From: Parasphingorhabdus sp. DH2-15
Lineage (GTDB): Bacteria > Pseudomonadota > Alphaproteobacteria > Sphingomonadales > Sphingomonadaceae
Direction of reading: 5' to 3'
Length of the DNA stretch: 32,000 bases
Assembly: GCF_051668705.1 (NCBI RefSeq)
Contig: NZ_CP196351.1
Coordinates: forward strand, 10,809 to 42,808
Part shown: piece by piece, positions 9,420 to 18,528 of the stretch
Numbering within the stretch: the first letter of the stretch is position 1
Layout of the letters: every line of letters begins with the position of its first letter
Notes under the pieces: model-generated
The model's input: only the letters and a program-made list of their open reading frames with translations
Told to the model about the DNA's origin: nothing
Databases searched by the model: none
Made by a program: the position numbers and the translations under genes

Positions 9420-9686
9420 TTAATCTTTATCAGTCTTGCCAGATTTCGCCTTGGATGATGCTTGCGAGGTTCCAGCCTCCATAAGGTTCTGGAAAAAGCG
9501 CATCCCCATTTCACCCATGGGGGCAATGTTTTTGGCCAGATTTTGCAGTTGATCAATGCTGGTCGCGCCGCTCATGGCGTTTTTCACGCCTTCCACATAG
9601 GCTTTGTTCACATCCTTAACATCCGGAAGGCCCAAAAGTGTTCGCATCTCTTCGGGTGTACAATCCAGTTCGACATTGATTTTCAT
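9420..9686 (-). CDS. Small conserved hypothetical protein (88 aa)
   Basis: Clean ORF on the same strand as its neighbours. It starts MKINVELDCTPEEMRTLLGLPDV and has a Lys/Ser-rich tail. I recall similar small proteins in alphaproteobacteria but cannot name the family with certainty. Confidence 0.6.
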   Translation of the reverse strand: MKINVELDCTPEEMRTLLGLPDVKDVNKAYVEGVKNAMSGATSIDQLQNLAKNIAPMGEMGMRFFQNLMEAGTSQASSKAKSGKTDKD

Positions 9687-9755
9687 TGCTTGGCGCCTTT
9701 TCTAAATGCCCAAGAGATAATGGCGCTTAAACAGCAGAAAAGCAATCTCTGCCAA

Positions 9756-10505
9756 TTAGGCCATCAAGGTCATGACCCCGACATTGGGGTCAATAAAGCC
9801 GTCATAGATCATCTTGAAGGCGACATAGATAATCACTGCCAGACCAAGATAGGCAATCCATTTATACCGCGCGATATATTTGGCGATGATATTGGCAGCT
9901 ATACCCATCAGCAATACCGATAACAGCAGACCAATGACCAATATGCCAGGATGCTCTCTTGCCGCACCAGCAACACCCAGGACATTATCTAGGCTCATTG
10001 ACACATCAGCAGCGGTTACCGCCCATACAGCTGCCCAAAAGCCTTTCGAGGCCGCTATATTGCTGTTTTCGTCGCCATCTATCTCTGGCGATCCGGGGGA
10101 TTCACCGGTCTCTGGCGTCATTTCGCGAATTTCCCGATAAAAGCGCCATGCAACCCATAAAAGAAGTAATCCGCCAGCCAGTATGAGTCCGACAATGCTC
10201 AACAGCACGCTGACCATCAGCGCAAATATGATGCGCAAAACCAGAGCGGCGCCAATGCCGATCATAATCACTTTGCGGCGTTGATCAGCTGGCAAACCAC
10301 CCGCCAATGCGCCAACAACAATGGCGTTATCCGCAGCAAACACCAAATCTATCAATATGACCTGCCCAAAAGCGGCCAATGCAGATGGCGAGCCAAAATC
10401 TTTGAAATCTTTGACAATAGCTGCCCATAATTCGGCCATTGAGCCGAATTGTAGGGACTCCGCACTGACAGCAGCAGTGATAAACACATCAAACATCAAG
10501 AACAT
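9756..10505 (-). CDS. TerC-family integral membrane protein
   Basis: Two TerC-type DN motifs (FAADNAIVVGALAGG and SLDNVLGVAGAA) and multiple transmembrane segments. The start is uncertain. The ATG at 10505, 10496 or 10439 is preferred over the ORF-track start at 10619, which would overlap the upstream ABM gene by 131 nt. Confidence 0.8.
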   Translation of the reverse strand: MFLMFDVFITAAVSAESLQFGSMAELWAAIVKDFKDFGSPSALAAFGQVILIDLVFAADNAIVVGALAGGLPADQRRKVIMIGIGAALVLRIIFALMVSVLLSIVGLILAGGLLLLWVAWRFYREIREMTPETGESPGSPEIDGDENSNIAASKGFWAAVWAVTAADVSMSLDNVLGVAGAAREHPGILVIGLLLSVLLMGIAANIIAKYIARYKWIAYLGLAVIIYVAFKMIYDGFIDPNVGVMTLMA

Positions 10506-10788
10506 TGTCCCCAAAATAGCGCACTGACGGCATTTCAGCATAAAAACCGTGAAGCAGTGACCTCCACCGGTCATAATCGGCAGATTGACGAAAGCCAACA
10601 CGGTGCGCGTCGATATCATCCCATTCTACCAGAAGCAGATAATGGGCAGTGTCTTCCGCGCTCCGCAATATGCGAATGGCCCGAAAACCTTTTTGCGCCG
10701 CAATAATGGGCTTTGCTTGCCGCAAGGCGTGCTCAAACTCTTTCGCCCGCTCTTGAGCGACCTCCAGCACTGCCTGTTCCACTATCAT
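10489..10788 (-). CDS. Antibiotic-biosynthesis-monooxygenase (ABM) domain protein
   Basis: 99 aa with a ferredoxin-like ABM pattern (...HYLLLVEWDDIDAHRVGFRQSADYDRWRSLL...). Confidence 0.7.
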   Translation of the reverse strand: MIVEQAVLEVAQERAKEFEHALRQAKPIIAAQKGFRAIRILRSAEDTAHYLLLVEWDDIDAHRVGFRQSADYDRWRSLLHGFYAEMPSVRYFGDNVLDV

Positions 10789-10799
10789 ATGCGTCAGGC

Positions 10800-12056
10800 T
10801 TATTGATTCATGCTGTCAAAAAAGTCTTCATTGCTCTTTGAATCTTTCATTTTATCGAGCAGGAATTCCATTGCATCGACGGTGCCCATTTGCATCAGAA
10901 TACGGCGCAAGACCCACATCTTGCTGAGCGTATCTTTCTCAACCAGAATTTCCTCTTTACGCGTGCCGGATTTGCCAACATCAAGCGCAGGGAATATCCG
11001 CTTATCAGAGACTTTGCGATCGAGTACGATTTCTGAGTTGCCCGTGCCTTTAAACTCTTCAAAGATCACTTCGTCCATACGGCTGCCGGTATCGATCAAA
11101 GCGGTAGCAATGATGGAAAGCGAACCGCCCTCTTCAATATTCCGCGCTGCACCGAAAAAGCGTTTTGGCCGCTGTAATGCATTGGCATCAACACCGCCGG
11201 TCAGCACTTTGCCCGAGGATGGAACAACAGTGTTATAAGCGCGCCCCAGACGTGTGATGGAGTCCAGCAAAATCACCACATCATGCTTATGCTCGACCAA
11301 GCGTTTGGCTTTTTCTATAACCATTTCAGCAACTTGTACGTGACGGCTCGCTGGCTCATCAAAAGTTGAGCTGATCACCTCACCATTGACCGAACGCTGC
11401 ATATCCGTCACTTCTTCCGGCCGTTCATCGATCAACAGGACTAGCAAATAGACCTCGGGATGATTATCCGTGATTGCTTTAGCAATATTTTGCAGCAATA
11501 CGGTTTTACCCGTACGCGGCGGCGCAACGATCAACGCGCGCTGGCCCTTACCTTGCGGCGAAATAATGTCGATCACACGGGCCGATTTATCTTTTACGGT
11601 CGGGTCTGAATTGTCCAAAGACAATTTCTGATCCGGATAAAGCGGAGTAAGATTGTCGAAATTCACCCGAGTGCGCACCGCTTCAGGATCTTCAAAATTA
11701 ACCTGCGTCAGTTTGGTCAGCGCAAAATAGCGCTCGCCATCACGCGGCCCGCGAATTTCCCCTTCAACGGTGTCACCCGTGCGCAAACCAAAGCGGCGTA
11801 CCTGATTGGGCGAAACATAAATATCATCGGGGCCGGCCAGATAATTGGCCTCTGGTGAGCGCAAAAAGCCAAAACCATCGGTCAACACTTCAATAGTGCC
11901 CAGACCCATAATCTGTTCGCCATCTTCAGCCAACTGCTTCAATATGCCGAACATAATGTCTTGGCGGCGCATGGTTGATGCACCCTCTACACCCAGCTCT
12001 TCAGCCATGGTGACGAGTTCAGCGGGTTTTTTCTCTTTCAATTCTTTTAAATGCAT
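10800..12056 (-). CDS. rho: Transcription termination factor Rho
   Basis: N-terminus [25 protein letters not shown], Walker A motif PPRTGKT, and full-length similarity to Rho. Confidence 0.97.
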   Translation of the reverse strand: MHLKELKEKKPAELVTMAEELGVEGASTMRRQDIMFGILKQLAEDGEQIMGLGTIEVLTDGFGFLRSPEANYLAGPDDIYVSPNQVRRFGLRTGDTVEGEIRGPRDGERYFALTKLTQVNFEDPEAVRTRVNFDNLTPLYPDQKLSLDNSDPTVKDKSARVIDIISPQGKGQRALIVAPPRTGKTVLLQNIAKAITDNHPEVYLLVLLIDERPEEVTDMQRSVNGEVISSTFDEPASRHVQVAEMVIEKAKRLVEHKHDVVILLDSITRLGRAYNTVVPSSGKVLTGGVDANALQRPKRFFGAARNIEEGGSLSIIATALIDTGSRMDEVIFEEFKGTGNSEIVLDRKVSDKRIFPALDVGKSGTRKEEILVEKDTLSKMWVLRRILMQMGTVDAMEFLLDKMKDSKSNEDFFDSMNQ

Positions 12057-12201
12057 CGTGGTTTTTCCATGATCAAAACAGGGTGGGCGTAACTGACTGA
12101 CGGATTAGCTTCATAGCAATTTGGCAACAGCGTCAGGACGCCGCTTGCAATTTTTATATGAAGGTCAGGCCGCAACAGGACGTTGCGCCGATAATGCTGT
12201 A

Positions 12202-12230
12202 GAAATACTGATATCACCGCAAATTGTCAA
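12202..12230 (-). promoter_or_regulatory. Possible sigma70-type promoter for rho (TTGACA-N17-TATTTC on the minus strand)
   Basis: The plus-strand sequences tgtcaa (12225-12230) and gaaata (12202-12207) are separated by 17 nt. This would give a leader of about 140 nt, in line with the long leaders known for rho. Based on sequence pattern only. Confidence 0.3.
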
Positions 12231-12276
12231 TCCGAAGCTGCTTTACTTCTAACCGGCTTTAGCAATTTTGCAATTA

Positions 12277-12720
12277 TCAGAATGGCTGAACAATAACCAG
12301 GATCACAATAATTGCTGCGGTTACACCTGGTACTTCGTTGACCAGCCGCAAAGTTTTGCCGCTCATCGTCCATTCGCCGCGCGCCAGCTTTTTGGCATAG
12401 CCTGCCATCCACATATGATAAATGCTCAGCAAAATGACGAACAGCAATTTTGCGTGGAACCAGCCATAAAGATAGGCCTTTGTTTCCCAAGCAAGCAGCA
12501 GGCCCAAAACCCAGACGATAATCAGTGAAGGGTTCAGTATGATTTTGCACAGCCGTGTCTCGCGCTCAATCCATTTCTGATCTTCCAAACTGCCTTTTTC
12601 ACTCTCTTGATGATAAACGAAAAAGCGGGGCAGCATGAATAACCCTGCCATCCAGAAGATAACAAAAATAAGATGCGCAGATTTTAGCCAGAGATATAAC
12701 ATGGCCAATATATCAACCAA
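12277..12720 (-). CDS. hemJ: Protoporphyrinogen IX oxidase HemJ (UPF0093/CopD-like family)
   Basis: MLYLWLKSAHLIFVIFWMAGLFMLPRFFVYH is the HemJ signature N-terminus. The protein has four predicted transmembrane segments and is adjacent to hemE. Confidence 0.85.
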   Translation of the reverse strand: MVDILAMLYLWLKSAHLIFVIFWMAGLFMLPRFFVYHQESEKGSLEDQKWIERETRLCKIILNPSLIIVWVLGLLLAWETKAYLYGWFHAKLLFVILLSIYHMWMAGYAKKLARGEWTMSGKTLRLVNEVPGVTAAIIVILVIVQPF

Positions 12721-12753
12721 ATTGTCCTCCTCGGCAAGCGGCTAGATTTCCAT

Positions 12754-13776
12754 TCACCCTTGCAAACGCGCCATTAGGGTTTCGACATGGGAAATTGGCG
12801 TTTCTTTTATAATGCCATGGCCCAGATTAAAGATATGAGGTCTGCCCGATAGCGCTTCAAGGCAATTTGTTATTGCGCTATCCAAAGCATGCCCACCGGT
12901 CAGCAATGCCAATGGGTCAAGATTGCCCTGCACTGGCAAACCATCAGGCAAAACATTATGTGCCCAAACAGGGTCTACTGTCTCATCCAACCCCAATGCA
13001 TCGACACCGGTTTCGCGCGCATATGCAGGCAATTTACCGCCAGCACCTTTAGGAAAACCGATGATTGGCGTGTCAGGATGCATGGTTTTCAACGCTGCCA
13101 CAATTTCTGCATTGGGCGCGATCACCCAGCGTTCAAATTGGGCTGGTGACAAATTGCCGGCCCAACTGTCGAACAGCTGTACGGAATCAACGCCGGCTGT
13201 AATTTGTTGCGACAGATAGTTGATAGTCTGCTGCGTAATGGCGGCGATAAGTTCGGCAAAACCCGCTTCATTCTGATAAGCATGTAAGCGTGTTTCCGTC
13301 TGGTCGCGGCTGCCCTCACCATGCACCATATATGTTGCTACCGTCCATGGTGAGCCAGCAAAGCCCAGCAAGGCCTTGTCAGCATCCAATTGGGCGCGGA
13401 CCAGCCTCACAGTCTCATAAATGGGTTCAAGCCGCTGTGGCATAGCTTCCAGCGCTTTAAGATCGCTTTCTATCAGCCTTGGGGAAAGACGTGGCCCCTC
13501 ACCTGCTGTAAATTTCAAATTTTGGCCCATGGCGTGCGGGATCATCAAAATATCGGCAAACAAAATGGCAGCATCAAAACCAAAGCGCCAAATGGGCTGC
13601 ATCGTGATCTCAGCAGCGGCCTGACTGTCATAAACAAGCTCTAAAAATCCGCCTTTTTGTGCGCGTAACTCACGATATTCCGGCAGATAACGGCCAGCCT
13701 GACGCATGAGCCAAACAGGGCGCTTCTCTGTACGTTCACCCTTTAACTGTCTCAGGATTAGCGAGTTACGATTCAT
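12754..13776 (-). CDS. hemE: Uroporphyrinogen decarboxylase
   Basis: PVWLMRQAGRYLPEY motif and full-length HemE-like sequence. Confidence 0.96.
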   Translation of the reverse strand: MNRNSLILRQLKGERTEKRPVWLMRQAGRYLPEYRELRAQKGGFLELVYDSQAAAEITMQPIWRFGFDAAILFADILMIPHAMGQNLKFTAGEGPRLSPRLIESDLKALEAMPQRLEPIYETVRLVRAQLDADKALLGFAGSPWTVATYMVHGEGSRDQTETRLHAYQNEAGFAELIAAITQQTINYLSQQITAGVDSVQLFDSWAGNLSPAQFERWVIAPNAEIVAALKTMHPDTPIIGFPKGAGGKLPAYARETGVDALGLDETVDPVWAHNVLPDGLPVQGNLDPLALLTGGHALDSAITNCLEALSGRPHIFNLGHGIIKETPISHVETLMARLQG

Positions 13777-14163
13777 CTCTTCTCTCTATCTCATTATATA
13801 TATTAAAGATTCATGATGATGTTTATAGGAGCGTTGGTGAGCGGGATAGCCCTTTCATGCAATTTTTCTAAACATATTGACTCTGCGGCCTGTCAATTTT
13901 TTAGCAGAGTCGCAAAACTTATACCCGTAATTAACAGGCTGTTTATCAAAATTGTTCCTGTGGAGAAGGCTTGGGGAAAATAAGATGATAGCGATGATAA
14001 ATATCGCAGGATATTTGATCATCAGCTTTATCAACAGGGTGCACACAGGGTTGAGCGCTTGCATGTTTCGAAAACAGATTCTGGCACAGCGTTGTTACGG
14101 CAATGCTTGATGACCCTGCGCCCGCACCCTATGGTCACCCCTTAACAGCTTGGCCAATATATT
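13777..14163. other. Candidate chromosomal replication origin (oriC/Cori-like)
   Basis: A non-coding gap at the point where gene strand switches. All CDS to the left are on the minus strand and the next ten CDS to the right are on the plus strand. The flanking genes match those around Caulobacter Cori (hemE on one side; DUF299, maf, aroE, coaE, dnaQ on the other). An AT-rich tract lies at about 13790-13826. DnaA-box-like 9-mers are TGTGGAGAA (13959-13967) and TTATCAACA (14028-14036), each with 1 mismatch, and TTATCAAAA (13943-13951) with 2 mismatches. Four GANTC sites are present. Confidence 0.6.
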
Positions 14164-15015
14164 ATGAAACAATTGCATTTGCACCTTTTGTCGGACTCTA
14201 CTGGCGAAACTCTGGAAAATATTGCCAAAGCCGTCCTTGCGCAATTTGAGGGTGTCGAGGTGATAAAGCACTTCTGGCCCATGGTGCGGATGGAAAGCCA
14301 TTTGGACCGTATTTTGACAGAGGTTGCGGCAAATCCTGGTCTTGTCCTGTTCACATTGGTCAACCCCGATATTCGCCGGAAGCTGGAAAGCCAGTGCCGC
14401 AAAATGGGGCTGCCATCTGTCGCAGCCATGGATGCTGTGACTGATGCGCTGTCCAATATGCTTGGGCAGGCGGCAAAAGCGCGTCCCGGACGTCAGCATG
14501 TGCTTGATTCCGCCTATTTTGCACGTGTGGATGCGATTCAGTTCACCATTGCCCATGATGACGGCATTGCATGGGAGAATTGGGAAGAAGCAGACATTAT
14601 ACTGGCCGGTGTTTCGCGCACTTCCAAAACACCGACCAGCATCTATCTTGCCAATCGCGGTTATAAGGTCGCCAATATTCCCATTGTCCCGGAATCGCCG
14701 CCGCCTGATCTTTTGTTCAACCTTAAACACCCTCAAGTCATTGGGCTCACCACCAATGCTGACCGATTGATACAGGTACGCCGCAACCGGCTTTTGTCGC
14801 TCAATCAAGCCCCAGAAACCGATTATGTTGATATGGAACAGGTCAAGCAGGAAGTCATGTATGCGCGGCGCATGTTTGGCGATAATGGTTGGCCCGTTAT
14901 TGATGTTACCCGCCGCTCAATTGAGGAAACGGCGGCTGCCATCATCAATTTGGTTAATGAGCAAAATGCGAAGAACCAGCTTGCGGTCAAAAATGGGGAC
15001 GTTCCCCCATCGTGA
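14164..15015 (+). CDS. Bifunctional kinase/pyrophosphorylase of the DUF299 family (pyruvate phosphate dikinase / PEP synthase regulatory protein-like)
   Basis: N-terminus MKQLHLHLLSDSTGETL, P-loop-like motif GVSRTSKTPTSIYLA, and full-length similarity to the family. Confidence 0.9.
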   Translation: MKQLHLHLLSDSTGETLENIAKAVLAQFEGVEVIKHFWPMVRMESHLDRILTEVAANPGLVLFTLVNPDIRRKLESQCRKMGLPSVAAMDAVTDALSNMLGQAAKARPGRQHVLDSAYFARVDAIQFTIAHDDGIAWENWEEADIILAGVSRTSKTPTSIYLANRGYKVANIPIVPESPPPDLLFNLKHPQVIGLTTNADRLIQVRRNRLLSLNQAPETDYVDMEQVKQEVMYARRMFGDNGWPVIDVTRRSIEETAAAIINLVNEQNAKNQLAVKNGDVPPS

Positions 15016-15608
15016 CACTGGTTCTGGCATCGCAAAGTGCTGCACGGCGGGCAATGCTCGCTGCGGCTCATGTTCCTTTTACAACCACACAAGTCGCTTT
15101 CGACGAGGATGCGTTGACGGAAGCTATGATTGCGCAAGGCGCTAAGCCACGCGATATTGCTGATGCTCTGGCAGAGGGCAAAGCGCGCAAGGCTGCCCTG
15201 AAGCATGATGACACTATGGTGCTGGGCTGTGATCAGGTGCTCGCGCTCGCCAATGGTGAATTGATAAACAAGGCGGATAATCGTGAACAGGCAAAATATA
15301 GTCTGCAACGGCTTTCCGGTCAGAAACACATATTGCTCAGTGCTGCGGTAATCTATGAGAATGGCGAACCGGTGTGGCGCGCGGTTGAAGAGGTCAAAAT
15401 GCTGATGCGGCCACTTAGTGATGCTTTTATTGATGACTATCTTGATCGTCACTGGGATGATGTGAGCTATTGCGTGGGATGTTACCGCATAGAAGAAGAG
15501 GGCGCACAATTGTTCAACCGTATTGAGGGCAGCCATTTTGCCATTATGGGGATGCCATTATTGCCGCTTCTTGGCTATTTGCGCATCAGAGGAATTATGC
15601 CGTCATGA
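15012..15608 (+). CDS. maf: Maf-like nucleoside triphosphate pyrophosphatase
   Basis: LVLASQSAARRAML...GCDQV pattern. The GTG start at 15012 forms a GTGA overlap with the upstream stop codon. Confidence 0.9.
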   Translation: MTLVLASQSAARRAMLAAAHVPFTTTQVAFDEDALTEAMIAQGAKPRDIADALAEGKARKAALKHDDTMVLGCDQVLALANGELINKADNREQAKYSLQRLSGQKHILLSAAVIYENGEPVWRAVEEVKMLMRPLSDAFIDDYLDRHWDDVSYCVGCYRIEEEGAQLFNRIEGSHFAIMGMPLLPLLGYLRIRGIMPS

Positions 15609-16465
15609 CAAACCAAGCAGCTACAAAAACAGGCCCTTATGCAGAGGTTATTGGCGACCCTATTGCTCAAAGTCTTTCGCCGCTAATCCATGGACATTGG
15701 CTGGAGGCATTGGGAATTGCAGCTGATTACCGTGCAAAACATGTGACACCAGACCAATTGCAAGGTTATTTGGAAGCGCGCAAAGAAGACCCGAATTGGC
15801 GCGGCTGCAATGTTACTTTGCCGCACAAATTGGCCATATTGGATCATGTTGCGGACCCTGGCGATGTGCGCAGTGCAATCGGTGCGGCCAACACTATATT
15901 CCGGCTGGAAGATGATGGCCTAGGCGCAACCAACACAGATGCGGGTGGTTTCTACACGCCTTTATCAGCGACCGATTTATCCGGTCGTCATGCAATTATA
16001 TTGGGAGCAGGCGGCGCTGCACGCGCAGTGCTGTTCGCTTTGAAACAGGTTGATATTGGCAAGGTAACATTGTTGGCGCGCTCACCGCTCAAAGCATTGG
16101 GTCTGCTCGGGCAATTTGGCTTGTCGGGCGATGTTCTGCCTATGGATGCGCCATTGCCCGCTGCTGATCTGCTGGTGAATGCCAGTCCGCTTGGTATGAA
16201 AGGCTTTGATGGCAATCTTGATCTCGATCTGTCCAAACTCGCGCCTGACTCTATAGTCTATGATCTCGTCTATAACCCTCTGGAAACACCTTTGCTGGGC
16301 GCTGCACGTCAAGCGCAGTTGGAGACGATAGACGGCTTAACCATGTTAATTGGGCAAGCGGCTATCGCTTTTGAGCTTTTTTTCGGTCAGCCTGTGCCCG
16401 ATGATGCGGCTATTGCGCAGGCTTTGCGCAAAAAGCTGCTGGCTGCTTTGGACCAAAAAAGCTGA
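15605..16465 (+). CDS. aroE: Shikimate dehydrogenase
   Basis: SLSPLIHGHW..., CNVTLPHK, and the GAGGAARAV Rossmann motif. An ATGA overlap links it to maf. Confidence 0.93.
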   Translation: MTNQAATKTGPYAEVIGDPIAQSLSPLIHGHWLEALGIAADYRAKHVTPDQLQGYLEARKEDPNWRGCNVTLPHKLAILDHVADPGDVRSAIGAANTIFRLEDDGLGATNTDAGGFYTPLSATDLSGRHAIILGAGGAARAVLFALKQVDIGKVTLLARSPLKALGLLGQFGLSGDVLPMDAPLPAADLLVNASPLGMKGFDGNLDLDLSKLAPDSIVYDLVYNPLETPLLGAARQAQLETIDGLTMLIGQAAIAFELFFGQPVPDDAAIAQALRKKLLAALDQKS

Positions 16466-17100
16466 TGACTGGTATGTCTGCAAATACTGACCAGAGGCCA
16501 CATATTATCGGGCTTACCGGTTCTATCGGCATGGGTAAATCCACGGTGGCAGCGATGTTTGCTGAGGCTGGTATTCCTGTATTCGATGCTGATGCAGAGG
16601 TTCACCGGCTGCAAAAAAATGATGCCAATATTATCGCTGCTATCGAAACCGCCTTTCCCGGCACCACCGATGATAAAGGGGTGGATCGCGCCAAGCTCTC
16701 TCAGGCGGTGTTGGGCAATAAAGAGGCTATCAAAAGGCTGGAGGCGATTATTCACCCTGCAGTCGGCATGAGCCGCATGCGCTTTCTGGAGGATAATAGG
16801 AATGCGCCGGTAGTCCTGTTTGATATTCCCTTATTGTTTGAGAAAGGCGGCGCAGACAATGTCGATTCTGTTGTCACAGTATCAGCGCCTGCCGATGTCC
16901 AGCGAGAGCGGGTTTTGGCGCGGCCGAGCATGACGCATGAAAAGCTGGCCCATATATTGGGGTTGCAACTGCCGGATGAGGAAAAGCGTGCCCGTTCTGA
17001 CTATATCATCAATACCGGAACAACGTTGCAGGAAACGCGGCAGGATGTGCGAAATTTAATTGCGAAATTGCAACAAAGTCTTGCGGATGAGCAAGATTAG
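16465..17100 (+). CDS. coaE: Dephospho-CoA kinase
   Basis: IGLTGSIGMGKST P-loop. The start overlaps the aroE stop by 1 nt (TGATG). Confidence 0.93.
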   Translation: MTGMSANTDQRPHIIGLTGSIGMGKSTVAAMFAEAGIPVFDADAEVHRLQKNDANIIAAIETAFPGTTDDKGVDRAKLSQAVLGNKEAIKRLEAIIHPAVGMSRMRFLEDNRNAPVVLFDIPLLFEKGGADNVDSVVTVSAPADVQRERVLARPSMTHEKLAHILGLQLPDEEKRARSDYIINTGTTLQETRQDVRNLIAKLQQSLADEQD

Positions 17101-17115
17101 GACAATATAAAAAAC

Positions 17116-17877
17116 ATGAGAGAAATTGTTTTCGACACGGAAACAACCGGTTTTGACCCCGGCCTTAATGGCGGTGACAGAATGGTTGAAATTGGCTGCA
17201 TTGAGATGATCGACCGAGTAGAAACCGGGCGGACCTATCACTGCTATTTCAACCCACAAAAGGCGATGCCACAAGGAGCCTTTGAGGTTCATGGGCTGTC
17301 TGATCAATTCCTATCAGACAAGCCGTTATTTGCTGCCAAAGCGCAAGAACTTGTCGAATTTCTGGGCGATGCCAATCTGGTGGCGCATAATGCGAGTTTT
17401 GATTTCAAATTCCTCAACGCAGAGCTGGAATGGGCAGGTGTAAAGCCTATCAGCTATGACCGGATGGTTGATACGCTGGCGATTGCGCGGTCCAAACATC
17501 CCGGCGCTCAGGCATCGCTGGACGCTTTATGTACACGCTATGGTGTCGACCGCAGTCAGCGGGTAAAACACGGCGCATTGCTTGATGCAGAGCTGCTGAC
17601 CCAAGTGTATATTGAGCTTACAGGCGGCCGCCAAATAGGTTTGGGCCTAGATAATGATGTTAAGGGTGATGGCGCAGAATCATCTACTGGCAGCATGAAT
17701 GCATATGCCGCCAACCGGATCTTTCGTGAACCACGGCGGTTTCGGCCCAGTGATGATGAATTGGCGGCACATGGTGAATTTATCAAAGCTATTGATAACC
17801 CGGCCTGGCACAAGCTGGCTGCGCATCACCGGTTGGCAAATGCGTCTGAAACCGTCCCGCCGATCAATAAGAATTAA
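17116..17877 (+). CDS. dnaQ: DNA polymerase III subunit epsilon (3'-5' exonuclease)
   Basis: Exo I motif MREIVFDTETTG, Exo II motif LVAHNASFDFKFL and Exo III motif HGALLDAELL. Confidence 0.95.
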   Translation: MREIVFDTETTGFDPGLNGGDRMVEIGCIEMIDRVETGRTYHCYFNPQKAMPQGAFEVHGLSDQFLSDKPLFAAKAQELVEFLGDANLVAHNASFDFKFLNAELEWAGVKPISYDRMVDTLAIARSKHPGAQASLDALCTRYGVDRSQRVKHGALLDAELLTQVYIELTGGRQIGLGLDNDVKGDGAESSTGSMNAYAANRIFREPRRFRPSDDELAAHGEFIKAIDNPAWHKLAAHHRLANASETVPPINKN

Positions 17878-17880
17878 ACC

Positions 17881-17911
17881 AATGTGCCGGAATATGAAGA
17901 TCCGGCACATT
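17881..17911 (+). terminator. Perfect 10-bp inverted repeat just after the dnaQ stop (possible terminator or protein-binding palindrome)
   Basis: aatgtgccgg (17881-17890) and ccggcacatt (17902-17911) are exact reverse complements with an 11-nt loop. No U-tract follows, so it is not a canonical intrinsic terminator. Confidence 0.35.
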
Positions 17912-17946
17912 GATCGTAACATGCACATAGAAAAAGGAGCCTAGCC

Positions 17947-18528
17947 ATGGAAATTCGCGTCTCAGGTCATCAAATAGAGATTGGGCAGGCACTACAACAG
18001 CATGTCTCTGACCGTTTAACAGCCATTATCAGCAAATATTTTGATCGTGCCATTTCAGCGCATGTCACTGTTGGTCGGGGCCCGCATGACAGTTTTAATG
18101 CCGATATTGTGATGCATGTGATGCAGGGCCTGATTCTCAAAGGGTCAAGCAATGCGCAAGAGGCCCATCCATCTTTTGACAAAGCAGCCGACAAAATCGA
18201 AAAACAGCTGCGCCGCTATATGCGCCGTTTGAAAGATCGGCATGAGAAAATGCAGCATGCGCTGAAGGAAGAAGAGGCGGCCTATACCGTTTTTCAATCA
18301 GCCCCCGAGGTTGAAGAAAGTGTTGCAGAAGAAGAGGTTACCGATGCGCCTCTCATTATTGCAGAGACTCGCGTTGATATACCCGAAGCCAGCGTTTCCG
18401 ATGCTGTGATGATGCTAGATTTGCGCGACACAGCAGCATTATTTTTCAAAAATGCTGGAACTGGCGTCCATAATATGGTTTACCGCCGCGCGGATGGCTC
18501 CATTGGGTGGGTAGAACCCCAGCAATAG
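17947..18528 (+). CDS. hpf: Ribosome hibernation promoting factor (long HPF)
   Basis: MEIRVSGHQIEIGQALQQHVSDRL is a sigma54-modulation/S30EA N-terminal domain. A C-terminal dimerisation domain is present (...AVMMLDLRDTAALFFKN...YRRADGSIGWVEP). Confidence 0.92.
   Translation: MEIRVSGHQIEIGQALQQHVSDRLTAIISKYFDRAISAHVTVGRGPHDSFNADIVMHVMQGLILKGSSNAQEAHPSFDKAADKIEKQLRRYMRRLKDRHEKMQHALKEEEAAYTVFQSAPEVEESVAEEEVTDAPLIIAETRVDIPEASVSDAVMMLDLRDTAALFFKNAGTGVHNMVYRRADGSIGWVEPQQ

Noticed and set aside
10506-10619. Longer TerC start at 10619 overlapping the ABM gene, and the possibility of a yybP-ykoY (Mn) riboswitch upstream of the TerC-family gene.
   Set aside because: The extension is Cys-rich and overlaps the ABM CDS by 131 nt. 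With the ABM gene ending at 10489 there is no non-coding space for a riboswitch, so none is called.
13931-13945. CtrA-box-like TTAACAGGCTGTTTA in the candidate origin, and TTAA pairs in other intergenic regions (3352-3366 with N6 spacing; 20196-20215 with N12 spacing).
   Set aside because: None matches the TTAA-N7-TTAA consensus exactly. A single imperfect half-match is expected by chance in AT-rich DNA, so no CtrA sites are annotated.
13855-14064. 69-aa minus-strand ORF inside the hemE/DUF299 intergenic gap.
   Set aside because: It lies in the AT-rich candidate origin, has no RBS and translates to an Ile/Leu/Phe/Lys-rich sequence typical of AT-rich non-coding DNA. Interpreting the region as an origin fits the context better.
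14095-15536. Two long antisense ORFs of identical length (237 aa each; 14095..14808 and 14823..15536, minus strand) opposite the DUF299 kinase gene and maf.
   Set aside because: Both lie entirely within the antisense strand of well-supported conserved genes. Their translations are Cys/His/Arg/Gln-rich with no recognisable motifs, and neither has a plausible RBS. Long stop-free antisense frames are a common by-product of codon bias. The equal length looks coincidental.
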